The notes under the pieces are model-generated. The model was given only the letters and a program-made list of their open reading frames with translations. It was not told the DNA's origin and searched no databases. From positions 64,001 through 128,000 of the forward strand of contig CAWFJP010000009.1 in NCBI GenBank assembly GCA_963816145.1: a stretch of DNA of 64,000 nt. Direction: 5' to 3'. Positions 40,592 to 50,053 of the stretch are shown piece after piece (position 1 is the first letter of the stretch; each line of letters starts with the position of its first letter). The stretch is from an uncultured delta proteobacterium. Its GTDB lineage: Bacteria > Desulfobacterota > Binatia > UBA9968. The position numbers and the translations under genes were made by a program.

Positions 40592-41770
40592 ATGGCTAGG
40601 CATTACCGTTTCATTTCCGCCGACAGTCACTATGAATCACCGCCGGAGCAATGGACCCATCGGGTCGCTAAACAGTATCGCGATCGAGCGCCGCGGCGTA
40701 TCAAATTAGCCAACGGCAAAGACGCCTTGGCATTGGAAGGCAAACCGCTCGTTTACGGCGGTACCAGTCTTTACGGCGGGCGTGCCCCGGAGACTTTCGA
40801 CCCGACGCAGTTGGACTACGACAACACGCCGGGCTGTGGTCCTGCCGAGCAACGTTTGCGCGAGCAGGATCAAGACGGCATAGATGCCGAGGTGTTGTTT
40901 GCTCTCGACGTGCGCAACTCGGCGATCCGCGACAAAGCGGCGCGCATCGGCGTGGTCCAGGGCTTCAACGATTTTTTTGCCGAAGAATATTGCGCTGTCG
41001 ATCCGGACCGGCTGATCGGCATGGCGGTGTTGCCCAACAGCGGCGTGGCTGAAGACATCGCTGAGATGGAGCGCTGCCGACGCATGGGTCTCAAGGGCGC
41101 ATGGCTAAGCACGTTCCCGAGCGGCAAAGGATTTCCCACGCCGGAGGACGATCGCTTCTGGGCGGCGGCGTTGGACCTCGGCATGCCGCTGGTAATTCAC
41201 ACGAGCTTCCCGACAAAGGTTGGGTCGCGCGAAACGCCGCTCTTCAAGTACCCGAAGGAACCGGAAGGCGAGCGGCGGCCGCCGACGGATTTTGTCCAGC
41301 GTTTTGCGCGCCAAGCGCCGCACCATTCTGGCTCGGTGGAAATTAGCCAGTTTATTGTCGCCGGTATTTTTGACCGTTTTCCCAAATTGCAAATATACTG
41401 GGCGGAAAACAACGTAGGCTGGCTGCCGTACTTCGGCGAGCAGATCGACAAGGAGTACGAAACCAATCATTTTTGGGCCGAGCGGGAAATGGGGTTGCCG
41501 CGCCTGAAGCGATTGCCGAGCGAATATTTGAAGCAGAACGCCCACTGGGGCTTCTTCGAAGATCGCATCGGGATGAAGCTGCGCCACGAGATCGGCGTCG
41601 ACCGGATCATGTGGTCGACGGATTTTCCCCATGTCGTCACGCGCTGGCCGAATTCCCTCATGACGTTGGAGACGCAGACGGCCGGCGTGCCGGCCGACGA
41701 GAAGCGCAAGATGGTGGCGGATAACGCCATCAAGTTCTTTAAGTTGAATCATTCAGCAGCTAGCGCTTAG
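40592..41770 (+). CDS. Amidohydrolase family 2 protein
   Basis: ISADSHYE, QDQDGIDAEVLF, LVIHT, GWLPY, WSTDFPH, NAIKFFKL. Confidence 0.9.
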   Translation: MARHYRFISADSHYESPPEQWTHRVAKQYRDRAPRRIKLANGKDALALEGKPLVYGGTSLYGGRAPETFDPTQLDYDNTPGCGPAEQRLREQDQDGIDAEVLFALDVRNSAIRDKAARIGVVQGFNDFFAEEYCAVDPDRLIGMAVLPNSGVAEDIAEMERCRRMGLKGAWLSTFPSGKGFPTPEDDRFWAAALDLGMPLVIHTSFPTKVGSRETPLFKYPKEPEGERRPPTDFVQRFARQAPHHSGSVEISQFIVAGIFDRFPKLQIYWAENNVGWLPYFGEQIDKEYETNHFWAEREMGLPRLKRLPSEYLKQNAHWGFFEDRIGMKLRHEIGVDRIMWSTDFPHVVTRWPNSLMTLETQTAGVPADEKRKMVADNAIKFFKLNHSAASA

Positions 41771-41793
41771 ATCGTTTGAGGGCCATTGGTTCG

Positions 41794-41841
41794 CCCCCAC
41801 CTGCATCCTCCCCCGCGCGCGGGGGAGGAATGAGGAGGGGG
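41794..41841. repeat. C/G-rich REP-like palindrome, copy d
   Basis: CCCCCACCTGCATCCTCCCCCGCGCGCGGGGGAGGAATGAGGAGGGGG; near-identical left arm to 21027. Confidence 0.8.
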
Positions 41842-41925
41842 CCGCAAAGAACGCAATACAGGGTTTAGATCACGTGAGACCGCGCTGCGATTGCACAGGT
41901 AGTTGCTACCGTAAAGGAGCCCGCC

Positions 41926-42942
41926 ATGCTTCCAATTCGAATGCCGGCAACGTTAATGGCGATTTCGTTGTTCGCGGTCTTTCTTCCGCCACGCATACTT
42001 GCCCAGACCAAAATCACCATCGGTGTTGCGGCGATGAGCCCGCGGACGATTCCGTTGCTGATTGCCCAGGAGCAGGGGCTGTTCGCTAAGCACGGCCTCG
42101 AAGCGCGCATCGTACTGATCCGCGGCGCGCCCACGCTGGTGGCCAGTCTGATCTCGGGCGATCTCGAAGTCGGGTATACCGGCGGCCCCGCGGTGGTCGG
42201 CGCGGCGGCCCAAGGGATCTATCTACGAATCCTTTCTTCGATATCGAGCCGGCTCACCCACACTTTGATCGCCAATCCCAGCATCAAAACTGCCGAGCAG
42301 CTGCGCGGCAAGCGCATGGGTATTCAAAGCATCGGCGGCAGCACTTGGATGCACACCATGCTGGCGCTCGAACATCTCGGCCTCGAGCCGAAGCGCGACA
42401 ACGTCAGCTTGTTGGTGATCGGCGATTCGGTATTGATCGGCCAATCCCTCGAAGTCGGGCGGATTGACGCGGCAACGCTTGACGGCGCCCTGGTGCGCCG
42501 GTTGCGCAGCAAAGGATTCAGCGCCATTGTCGACCTGACGCCGCACAATATTCCAATGGTAAACCAAGCGATTGTTGTGTCACCGGAGTTCCTACAAAAG
42601 CGTGGCGATGTCGCCGAGCGAATACTCATGGCTCTGGTCGATAGCCTGGCGTTCACGCTGGCGCCGCAAAACAAGGCGGTGGTGACGAAGACGATGATGA
42701 AGCGATTCCAGTTCAGCGATCCCGCGGTCGGCGAGGAGGGTTATCAAGATTTACAAATAAGCATCGAGCGCAAACCGTTCCCATCGATCGATGCCTTGCG
42801 CAACGTCCGCCGCCTGATGGCCACACAGAATCCCAAGGTCGCCAACGTGAAGATTGAAGAGCTGATCGATAATCGGATTATCCGCAAACTGGATGAGAAC
42901 GGTTACATCGACAAAGTGGCGGCGGGATATGGACTCAAGTGA
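41926..42942 (+). CDS. ABC-type solute-binding protein, SsuA/THI5-like
   Basis: Signal peptide, [35 protein letters not shown]. Confidence 0.88.
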   Translation: MLPIRMPATLMAISLFAVFLPPRILAQTKITIGVAAMSPRTIPLLIAQEQGLFAKHGLEARIVLIRGAPTLVASLISGDLEVGYTGGPAVVGAAAQGIYLRILSSISSRLTHTLIANPSIKTAEQLRGKRMGIQSIGGSTWMHTMLALEHLGLEPKRDNVSLLVIGDSVLIGQSLEVGRIDAATLDGALVRRLRSKGFSAIVDLTPHNIPMVNQAIVVSPEFLQKRGDVAERILMALVDSLAFTLAPQNKAVVTKTMMKRFQFSDPAVGEEGYQDLQISIERKPFPSIDALRNVRRLMATQNPKVANVKIEELIDNRIIRKLDENGYIDKVAAGYGLK

Positions 42943-42949
42943 GTCGCGG

Positions 42950-43304
42950 TTACGGTCCGAATCGACTGCGACATTGGAAATGACGCGGCCCACAAATGAT
43001 GACGATCATGCCAGTGAAGCACAGACCGACTCGAACCCAATCCGCCATACTTGGTCGAACAGAATTGACCGCCCATAACCAAACAACCGCGACATTGATG
43101 TAGACAACAATACGCTGCGTACACACGACCTGCGGGCTGGGGATGCAGTGTCAAGAGCCAAGCAAACGCTAGTAAACTAAACGCCGCCGGCACAAGCAGC
43201 CAAGCCGAACGGCCATGCTTCAACCAGAGACGGGGTTAGTAGCAGCGGATGATCTCAGCAAGAGTGGTAACGATTAACCGAGCAGAGGTTTTGAGGATTT
43301 CCAT
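42950..43304 (-). pseudogene. ynfA: Degraded YnfA (UPF0060, SMR-like) gene
   Basis: MEILKT...[48 protein letters not shown]. In-frame TAA at 43236-43238, and a frameshift precedes [13 protein letters not shown]. Confidence 0.8.
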
Positions 43305-43395
43305 TTAGCATCTACGGCATCTCCCTGCCGCCGCTTTCTGCGCTAACCGTAGCTGCGCTGCTCTTGCGCAGCGCTGCACCGAATCGGCGGCGATT

Positions 43396-45327
43396 TCATA
43401 TAAATTGAGATCTCGGCCGACAGTGCATCCATTCCCATGCGATGATCGTGGCCCCGAGCGCCAATCCCGCGAAATCGGCAAATACCAGCAACGTGGTTGT
43501 CGATGGCAATAGCAAAAGCAAGCTGGCGATCCAGAGTAAGCCGCGCTTGGTCAAGGTTAGTGGACGAAATAAGTAGCCGGCGCAGCCGGCACTGAGCAGG
43601 ATTACGCCGATGCTGGCGGTGACGATGGCGATGACAACTTCGCGGGCTGTGCCGATAAAAATGAGCGGAGGGTGGAGCGCGAAGATGAACGGCACGAGGT
43701 AAGCGGCGATGCCCAAGCGCATGGCGGTCCAGCCGGTTTGCCAGAAGTTGGCATGGGCAATGGACGCGGCGATGTAGACGGGCAAACAGTCCGGCGGCGT
43801 GATCAGTGACACCATGCCGAAGTAAAAAAGAAACAAATGCGCGGCCAGCGGTGGAATTCCGAGTTGGATGAGCGCCGGTGCCGCCAGGACGGCAAGGGTG
43901 ATGTAGACGACGGTAGTCGGCAGCGGCAAACCGAGGAACAGGCAGCCGACGGCTGTGATGAGCAGCAACAGATAGATATTGTTGCCGGAAAGGGTGACCA
44001 GCAGAAGAGAGATCTTGAATGTGAAGCCGGACAGATGGAGGGCGCCGATGACGATGCCGGCCAGCGCGGTGATGACGGCGATATCGAGCAAAGTCTTGCC
44101 CGTTTCTTCGAATGCCGCAACGATTTTCTTGAAGGACGGACGGGTTTCCTTTTGCAGTGCGCCGACGACGAGGACGCCGATGACCGCCACCATGCCGGCT
44201 TTGCCGGCTTCCCAGTTCTCGATCATCAGGGTGTAGACGAGAATCGACAGCGGAATCAGGAACACCCATCCCAAGCGGATCACGCTGAGAAATTTCGGGA
44301 TTTGCTCTCTAGGGAGTCCTACCAGGCCGCGTTTTGCAGCTTCCAAATCGATTTGCGTGAACAGGGCGAGATAGTAAAGCGCCGCCGGGATCGAAGCGGC
44401 CAGGGCGATTTGTCCGTAGGGAATATTTAAAAATTCGGCCATGAGAAATGCCGCGGCGCCCATCACCGGCGGTGTGATCTGGCCGCCGTTCGAGGCGACC
44501 GCTTCGATTGCGGCAGCGAGATGGCCGGGAAATCCCGTGCTCTTCATCAACGGGATGGTGATGGCGCCGTCAACCACGACGTTGGCCACTGCGCTGCCGG
44601 ACACCGTGCCGAACAGGGCTGACGAGACCACCGATACTTTAGCCGGGCCGCCGCGATAGCGACCGGTGGCGATGAGCGCGAGGTCAGTGAGAAATTTGTC
44701 GCCGCCGACCGCGTAGAGTGCTTGGCCAAATAGGATGAATGCGACAACCACGCCGGCGGCGACGTCGAGGGGCAGGCCGAGCATGCCGTTGGAGTCCAAA
44801 TACAAATAACTGGCGATACGCGCCCAGGACGGACTCTTGGAATAGAATATGCCAGGCATGTATTCGGCGAATCTGGTGTAAAGAATTACCCCGAGCGCGA
44901 GCCAGGCGAGTGTGCCGCCGGCGACGCGGCGGGTCGCTTCGAGCAGAAGGAGGATCGCCAGGCCGCCGAAGATCCAGCGGTCGGGTGAGAGAATGCCAAG
45001 ACGATAGGCGATGGTCGGATAGAGGATCGTGACGTAAAGTCCGATCGCCATACCGCCGACGGCAAGCAGCCAGTCGTACCATGGAACTCGATTGCCGGTT
45101 TGTTTGGGAAAAGCTTTGACGGCGAGAAACACACTTCCGAGGCCGAGGGCGAGAAACAACGCGAGATATTGCTGCTTGAAGAACGTGACTTCGAAGTGGT
45201 GGTGAATTTCCAGTGCCCACAATGAACCGAGCACGGTGATCGTGATCAGCAAGGTGCGCAGGATCGCGGCCGGCGCGCCGCTTAGATTGCGGAATCTCCC
45301 TGGTGTAGCGGCGAGCTCGTCACTCAT
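43396..45327 (-). CDS. TRAP transporter fused 4TM/12TM permease (TAXI-type)
   Basis: LLEATRR, GGPAKVSVVSSALFGTVSGSAVANV, EAVASNGGQITPPVMGAAAFLMAE, AAHLFLFYFG. Confidence 0.93.
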   Translation of the reverse strand: MSDELAATPGRFRNLSGAPAAILRTLLITITVLGSLWALEIHHHFEVTFFKQQYLALFLALGLGSVFLAVKAFPKQTGNRVPWYDWLLAVGGMAIGLYVTILYPTIAYRLGILSPDRWIFGGLAILLLLEATRRVAGGTLAWLALGVILYTRFAEYMPGIFYSKSPSWARIASYLYLDSNGMLGLPLDVAAGVVVAFILFGQALYAVGGDKFLTDLALIATGRYRGGPAKVSVVSSALFGTVSGSAVANVVVDGAITIPLMKSTGFPGHLAAAIEAVASNGGQITPPVMGAAAFLMAEFLNIPYGQIALAASIPAALYYLALFTQIDLEAAKRGLVGLPREQIPKFLSVIRLGWVFLIPLSILVYTLMIENWEAGKAGMVAVIGVLVVGALQKETRPSFKKIVAAFEETGKTLLDIAVITALAGIVIGALHLSGFTFKISLLLVTLSGNNIYLLLLITAVGCLFLGLPLPTTVVYITLAVLAAPALIQLGIPPLAAHLFLFYFGMVSLITPPDCLPVYIAASIAHANFWQTGWTAMRLGIAAYLVPFIFALHPPLIFIGTAREVVIAIVTASIGVILLSAGCAGYLFRPLTLTKRGLLWIASLLLLLPSTTTLLVFADFAGLALGATIIAWEWMHCRPRSQFI

Positions 45328-45342
45328 TACATAAAACCAGGC

Positions 45343-45399
45343 GGTTCAACCGCTGGGCTCTGTTCAAACCGTTCAACCGCTTTACTCCGTTCAAGACGC
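45343..45399. repeat. GTTCAA-core short repeat cluster
   Basis: CGGTTCAACCGC...GTTCAAACCGTTCAACCGC...CCGTTCAAGACG. Confidence 0.6.
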
Positions 45400-45445
45400 T
45401 CCGGTCGTTACCGTCCGCCAGGAACGCAAGACTCCGGACACCTGA

Positions 45446-46498
45446 CTACGGATTCACCGCTAGTAGCCGTTTCTGTGCCTCGTCCATCTTGGCGTTCCAG
45501 AGATTTTTTTCCTTGTAGAATTGCACCGCCGCCGGATGATACGGAATCGTCACGTCGGCGGAGGCGGCGCGCTCGCGCGTCCATTCCTGAAACTGCGGGT
45601 GCAGCGGCGGCAGCTTTTCGATATTGTCCCAGATCGATTTGAGCGAGTGAGCGACGACTTCGTTGGACAGGCCTTTATGGCCGATCCAGTAAAGATCGTA
45701 GGACAGCACGCAGGTGTCACCAATGATTCCGGTCGAGGCTCCCGATTTTATCGTGACGATGGAATAGCCGGGAACCGCTTTTCTGACCCGCGCGTCGCCC
45801 TGGGGCGTGCAGTCGAGGGATAGATAGCGGACACCGACGGCGGCGTCGGCTTCTTTGACTTTGGCGGCGCCGATGGAGTGATTGGTGACGTCGGCGCGGC
45901 CTTGCACGACCGCGTCGACCCCTTCGTTCAATGCCGGAACCGGCACGATCTTGACGTCGTCCCAGGTTAGATTGGCGCTCGCGAGCCCGGCATAGAGGTG
46001 GTACCAGATTGCGATGTTGGCCGGATATTCTCCGGTCACCCGCTTTCCTTTCACGTCGTGCGCGGTTTTAATTGGCGAGTCTTTGCGCACGATCATACTC
46101 ACAGTCAATGGTGATCCGCGCATGATTAGGCGGGCGCCAGGGACATGCGGCAGGGGATTGCGCCCGCCGATTTTGAGCTTCGCCGGTCCCTGATATGCGA
46201 GGTTGATCTCGACGGCGTTGATGATGGCGAAGTCTAGCTCGCCGCTTTCGATTAGCGGCAAGAGCGTGCTCGAGCCGGTGTAAGGTTGAAGGATCAATTG
46301 CATCGGACCGGCGCCAGTGATGACTTTACCGAGGCCGGCGCCGATGGCGTAGAATGCCGTGCCGGCGGGGTTCGTGCCGATGGTGGTCGAAGCCGGAAGC
46401 TTTTGAGCGCGGGCGTTACTCGAGGTCCCGAACAGCAGAAGAACGGCGATTAATTTACTCAGCTTGCGCCGCAAAACAAATCTCATCTTGCCCTCCAA
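45446..46498 (-). CDS. TAXI-family TRAP solute-binding protein
   Basis: IGTNPAGTAFY, DVKGKRVT, IPYHPAAVQFYKEKNLW. Confidence 0.9.
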   Translation of the reverse strand: MEGKMRFVLRRKLSKLIAVLLLFGTSSNARAQKLPASTTIGTNPAGTAFYAIGAGLGKVITGAGPMQLILQPYTGSSTLLPLIESGELDFAIINAVEINLAYQGPAKLKIGGRNPLPHVPGARLIMRGSPLTVSMIVRKDSPIKTAHDVKGKRVTGEYPANIAIWYHLYAGLASANLTWDDVKIVPVPALNEGVDAVVQGRADVTNHSIGAAKVKEADAAVGVRYLSLDCTPQGDARVRKAVPGYSIVTIKSGASTGIIGDTCVLSYDLYWIGHKGLSNEVVAHSLKSIWDNIEKLPPLHPQFQEWTRERAASADVTIPYHPAAVQFYKEKNLWNAKMDEAQKRLLAVNP

Positions 46499-46554
46499 TA
46501 GTTTGCGCCCGTGCTGTAACTGAGTCCAAAACCCGGCGCGCGAAATTCATGTCC

Positions 46555-47580
46555 TCACGGCCTCCAGGCTAATAGTTTTTTCTGCGCCTCGTCCATTTTC
46601 GCCGACCAAACGCCGGCGTCTTTGAAATAGCGAACCGCGGCCGGATGGTAGGGGATTGTCACTTCGGGGTCGACGGCCCGGGCCTTAGTCCACTCGACGA
46701 AGCCCGGGTGGAACTGCGGCAATTTATCGATATTGACCCAGATCGCTTGCAACACGCTGCGCACAACGGGGTCAGGCAGTTTGGCGTGGCCGACCAGATA
46801 AATGTCATAGGTATAGGCGCAGATATCTTCGAGGATGCCATTCGACGAGCCGGCCTTTACCGTCGACAGATAGTAGCCGGGTATAGCTTTCTTGATCCGT
46901 TCTTCGCCCAGCTTGGAGCAGTCTAGTGATAGGAAGCGAATGCCGATTGCGGCATCGGCTTCTTTCAACTTCGCCGAACCGATGGCGTGGGTGGTGACAT
47001 CGGCACGGCCTTGAATTAGGGCGTCTACGCCTTCGTTGACGGCGGGAACCGGCACGACTTTGACATCATTCCAGCCGAGGCCGGCGTTCGAGAGCGCGCC
47101 GAACATGTTGTACCAGACCGCAAGCTGGGCCGGATACTCCCCTGTGGCGCGCTTGCCTCTGACATCGGCCAAGGTTTTGATCGGCGAATCTTTGCGCACG
47201 ATAAAACTGCTGCGCAGCGGCGAGCCGCGCATAATCAGCCGTGAACTGGCGACATGAGGAAATGGATTGCGGCCGCCGACTTTAAAATTGACGCCGCGGT
47301 AAACCATACCCATGTCGACGGCGTTGACCACGCCGAAATCGAGTTCAGCGCTGTCGAACAGCGGCACGAAGGTGCTGGTGCCGGCATAGGGTTGGACCTG
47401 CGCTTGTATCGCTGCCGCATCGCTCACCACCTTCGCCAAACCGCTAGCCAAGGAGTAGAACAGCGAACCTGGCGGGTTGGAGCCGATGGCGACGGATTTT
47501 GGTAGTTGCTGGGCTTGGCTACCGGTGACGACGATTAGAAAAGCGCTGGCGATCAAATGACAAACAAAACCTCGACGCAT
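46555..47580 (-). CDS. TAXI-family TRAP solute-binding protein (tandem paralog)
   Basis: IGSNPPGSLFY, DVRGKRAT, IPYHPAAVRYFKDAGVW. Confidence 0.9.
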   Translation of the reverse strand: MRRGFVCHLIASAFLIVVTGSQAQQLPKSVAIGSNPPGSLFYSLASGLAKVVSDAAAIQAQVQPYAGTSTFVPLFDSAELDFGVVNAVDMGMVYRGVNFKVGGRNPFPHVASSRLIMRGSPLRSSFIVRKDSPIKTLADVRGKRATGEYPAQLAVWYNMFGALSNAGLGWNDVKVVPVPAVNEGVDALIQGRADVTTHAIGSAKLKEADAAIGIRFLSLDCSKLGEERIKKAIPGYYLSTVKAGSSNGILEDICAYTYDIYLVGHAKLPDPVVRSVLQAIWVNIDKLPQFHPGFVEWTKARAVDPEVTIPYHPAAVRYFKDAGVWSAKMDEAQKKLLAWRP

Positions 47581-47726
47581 GAAACCTCCTCGGCAAATCG
47601 CCGGTCACTGTAATGCGAACCGGTGACAGCGTCAACGATATTGTCGGTAATTTGCGAGAATGAATGATAGCGTCGGCTATCGCCATATTGAGGCGACCGG
47701 CTGGTCACCCCATCATTTGGCCGAAC

Positions 47727-48878
47727 TTACTTCCCCCACAACTCTTTGGTCGCCAGCCTGGCCCCTTCGGCCATGGCTTCGAATTTGGCCCAGCAGATTT
47801 GCGGGCTGCCGACTCGCGGGCCCAAGCCGCAGTCGGTGCCAGCCATGATGTTTTCTTTGCCGACGATCTTGGCGTAGCGGATCAATCGGTCGGCGATTGC
47901 CTGCGGATGTTCGACGATATCAGTGGCGTGGCCAACGACACCGGGGACCAGGACTTTGCCGGCAGGGAGTTTTACTTCCTCCCAGACGCGCCATTCGTGT
48001 TCGTGGCGCGGGTTAGCCGCTTCGATCGATATCGTGTTGGCGTTCACCTTCAGAATGATGTCGATGATGTCGCGCAGCGGGATGTCGTATTTGTGCGGGC
48101 CATGATAGCTGCCCCAGCAGGTGTGAAAGCGCACGCGGTCGGGAGGGACGTCACGCAAGCCGTGATTGAGCGCTTCGACGCGCAGTTCGGCATACTTGCG
48201 ATACTCCGGCACCGACATGTTGGACATGAACTGCCAGCCGTCCGGCAGATCCGGGTCGTCGATTTGCAGCAAGAAGCCGGCGCCGGCGATGGCTTTGTAT
48301 TCTTCGTGCATGGCATCGGCGATGGCAACCAGATAGGCCTCGTCGCTCGGGTAATAGTCGTTTTTCATCCAGTGCTCGATGGTCCCTGGAGCGACGGCGG
48401 GAAGAAACGCTTCTTCGTACTTCTGATCTTGCAGACCGGCCTTGAAGTCGGCAATCTCCGCGGTCAACGATGCATGGCCGACGTATTTCAACGGCGCGTT
48501 ACAAAATACCCGTTTGACGTTGTCGCCACGATGGGATGTGCGCGCGTTGAAGTAATCGCTGAACTCGGTCAAATCCCTGGCGAAGATCGTTGAGGTGTGG
48601 TCGCTGGCTTTAACTTCGCGCTCGATGAAGCCGCTCAACCGGTCGCGGGCGTAGCGTGAGAAGTTGGATTTGCCCTGTTCGCCGTCGTTGATGATGTCAA
48701 GGCCGCAGGCGATTTGTTTCTTAACGATATCGGCGACGGCGCCGGTGACGCGTCTGCTAAACGCCTGCTCGTCTACGGGAGTCCCAGCGGTGCGCGCATT
48801 GTGCAGTTCTTTTAAGTCGGCCGGCAGCGGCAGGGCGCCGGCGTGGGTAGTTAAAATTCTGTCGGTACTGTATATCAT
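47727..48878 (-). CDS. Cobalamin-independent methionine synthase II (single-barrel MetE-like) family protein
   Basis: ILTTHAGALP, DIINDGE, LQIDDP, Zn ligands HTCWG, IEAANPRH, TDCGLG. Confidence 0.88.
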   Translation of the reverse strand: MIYSTDRILTTHAGALPLPADLKELHNARTAGTPVDEQAFSRRVTGAVADIVKKQIACGLDIINDGEQGKSNFSRYARDRLSGFIEREVKASDHTSTIFARDLTEFSDYFNARTSHRGDNVKRVFCNAPLKYVGHASLTAEIADFKAGLQDQKYEEAFLPAVAPGTIEHWMKNDYYPSDEAYLVAIADAMHEEYKAIAGAGFLLQIDDPDLPDGWQFMSNMSVPEYRKYAELRVEALNHGLRDVPPDRVRFHTCWGSYHGPHKYDIPLRDIIDIILKVNANTISIEAANPRHEHEWRVWEEVKLPAGKVLVPGVVGHATDIVEHPQAIADRLIRYAKIVGKENIMAGTDCGLGPRVGSPQICWAKFEAMAEGARLATKELWGK

Positions 48879-48902
48879 TTACAATTCTACTTTCTTAAAA
48901 CC

Positions 48903-48982
48903 GATTGGAACCTGTGGAACATTTGGAACGATTGGAACAGACCGCGCGGTTCCATAGGTTCCAGTCGTTCCAATTGTTCCAA
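48903..48982. repeat. Inverted TGGAAC-core 9-mer repeat
   Basis: GATTGGAAC CTGTGGAAC ATTTGGAAC GATTGGAAC / GTTCCATAG GTTCCAGTC GTTCCAATT GTTCCAA; half copy at 60218-60255. Confidence 0.8.
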
Positions 48983-49004
48983 ATAGATTCGGAACTCAAG
49001 ATTT

Positions 49005-49985
49005 TCATTTGAACGATTCCCCGGGCTTTTGCGCAAAGCTGAAATCGAACACCCGCTCCGGCGGTGGCGGTTGGGCGAGTTTCGTGCGCTGGGCGGCGGT
49101 GACGATCATTTCGCGCTGGAGTTTTTCATCGACGATGCCCGAGGTCGACAAGTAACCCACCGCAGCCTCGTAAACGCGCTCGGCATACTTGTCGCGGTCT
49201 TTACCCATATCGAGAAACGGTCCGCGAATGAACTCAATGCCATACTTTTTATCGTTGCGGAACAGTCGGAGTGCTTTCTGCGTGGCGCGGATGACCTTGG
49301 TCACCAGTTCCGGTTTCTCATTGATGACCGCTTTGGTGGTCGTAAGACCCCCCTGCACGGCGCGATAGACATCGGCGCCCGCGGCGATCTTGCGAAAACC
49401 CTCGTCGACGGCGATAAAATTCTGCGGAATTTGCAGCATGGTGGCTTCGATGGTGCCGGCTTTCAAAGCCACCCAGGTAATGTCGCTGGTGCCGAGGGGC
49501 AGCATCGTTACCTGATCTAGCGGGATTTTGTTGGCGATCAAAATCTGCCGGGCAATGATCTCGGTCAGCGATCCTGGCGCGGAAATGCCGATTTTTTTGC
49601 CGCGCAGCTGCGCCACGCCGGTAATGCTCGGCAGGGAGATCATATCAAAGGATGGCTTGTCGGAGAGCGCGAAGACGACCCGGACATCGGCGCCGTTTAC
49701 AGCGGCACTGATGGCGGTACCGGTGGCGGTGCCGAAGTCGACACCGCCGGCGAGCATTGCCTGAACCGTTTGGATCGCCTTCATGAAAATAAACTCCGGC
49801 TCGAGGCCTTCCTCGCGGAAGAAGCCGCGGTCGCGGGCAATGATAAACGGCATATCGAGAGTGCTACGCGACACGTAGGCGATGCGGAAGGTCGAGAGCT
49901 TGGCGGATCTCTCCGCCGACCATAGCGTTCCCGGACATATGATGAGTACAGCTACCAAAGCGGTCAGAATCCGTGATCGTTTCAT
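49005..49985 (-). CDS. ABC-type solute-binding protein, SsuA/THI5-like
   Basis: Signal peptide, ARDRGFFREEGL, QLRGKKIGIS, VFDFSF; GGAGG RBS before MKRS. Confidence 0.88.
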   Translation of the reverse strand: MKRSRILTALVAVLIICPGTLWSAERSAKLSTFRIAYVSRSTLDMPFIIARDRGFFREEGLEPEFIFMKAIQTVQAMLAGGVDFGTATGTAISAAVNGADVRVVFALSDKPSFDMISLPSITGVAQLRGKKIGISAPGSLTEIIARQILIANKIPLDQVTMLPLGTSDITWVALKAGTIEATMLQIPQNFIAVDEGFRKIAAGADVYRAVQGGLTTTKAVINEKPELVTKVIRATQKALRLFRNDKKYGIEFIRGPFLDMGKDRDKYAERVYEAAVGYLSTSGIVDEKLQREMIVTAAQRTKLAQPPPPERVFDFSFAQKPGESFK

Positions 49986-50053
49986 GGCTAACCCCTCCAT
50001 GGCTCAGCGAGGCTGGCGAACCTTTGCCTCCACACCCCGGACGCTAAACGATC

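Noticed and set aside
47727-48878. metE gene symbol
   Set aside because: Half-length protein lacking the N-terminal barrel; the family includes non-methionine-synthase enzymes.
48903-48982. Repeat clusters as CRISPR arrays
   Set aside because: Units are 7-9 nt without unique ~30-nt spacers, and no cas genes are present.
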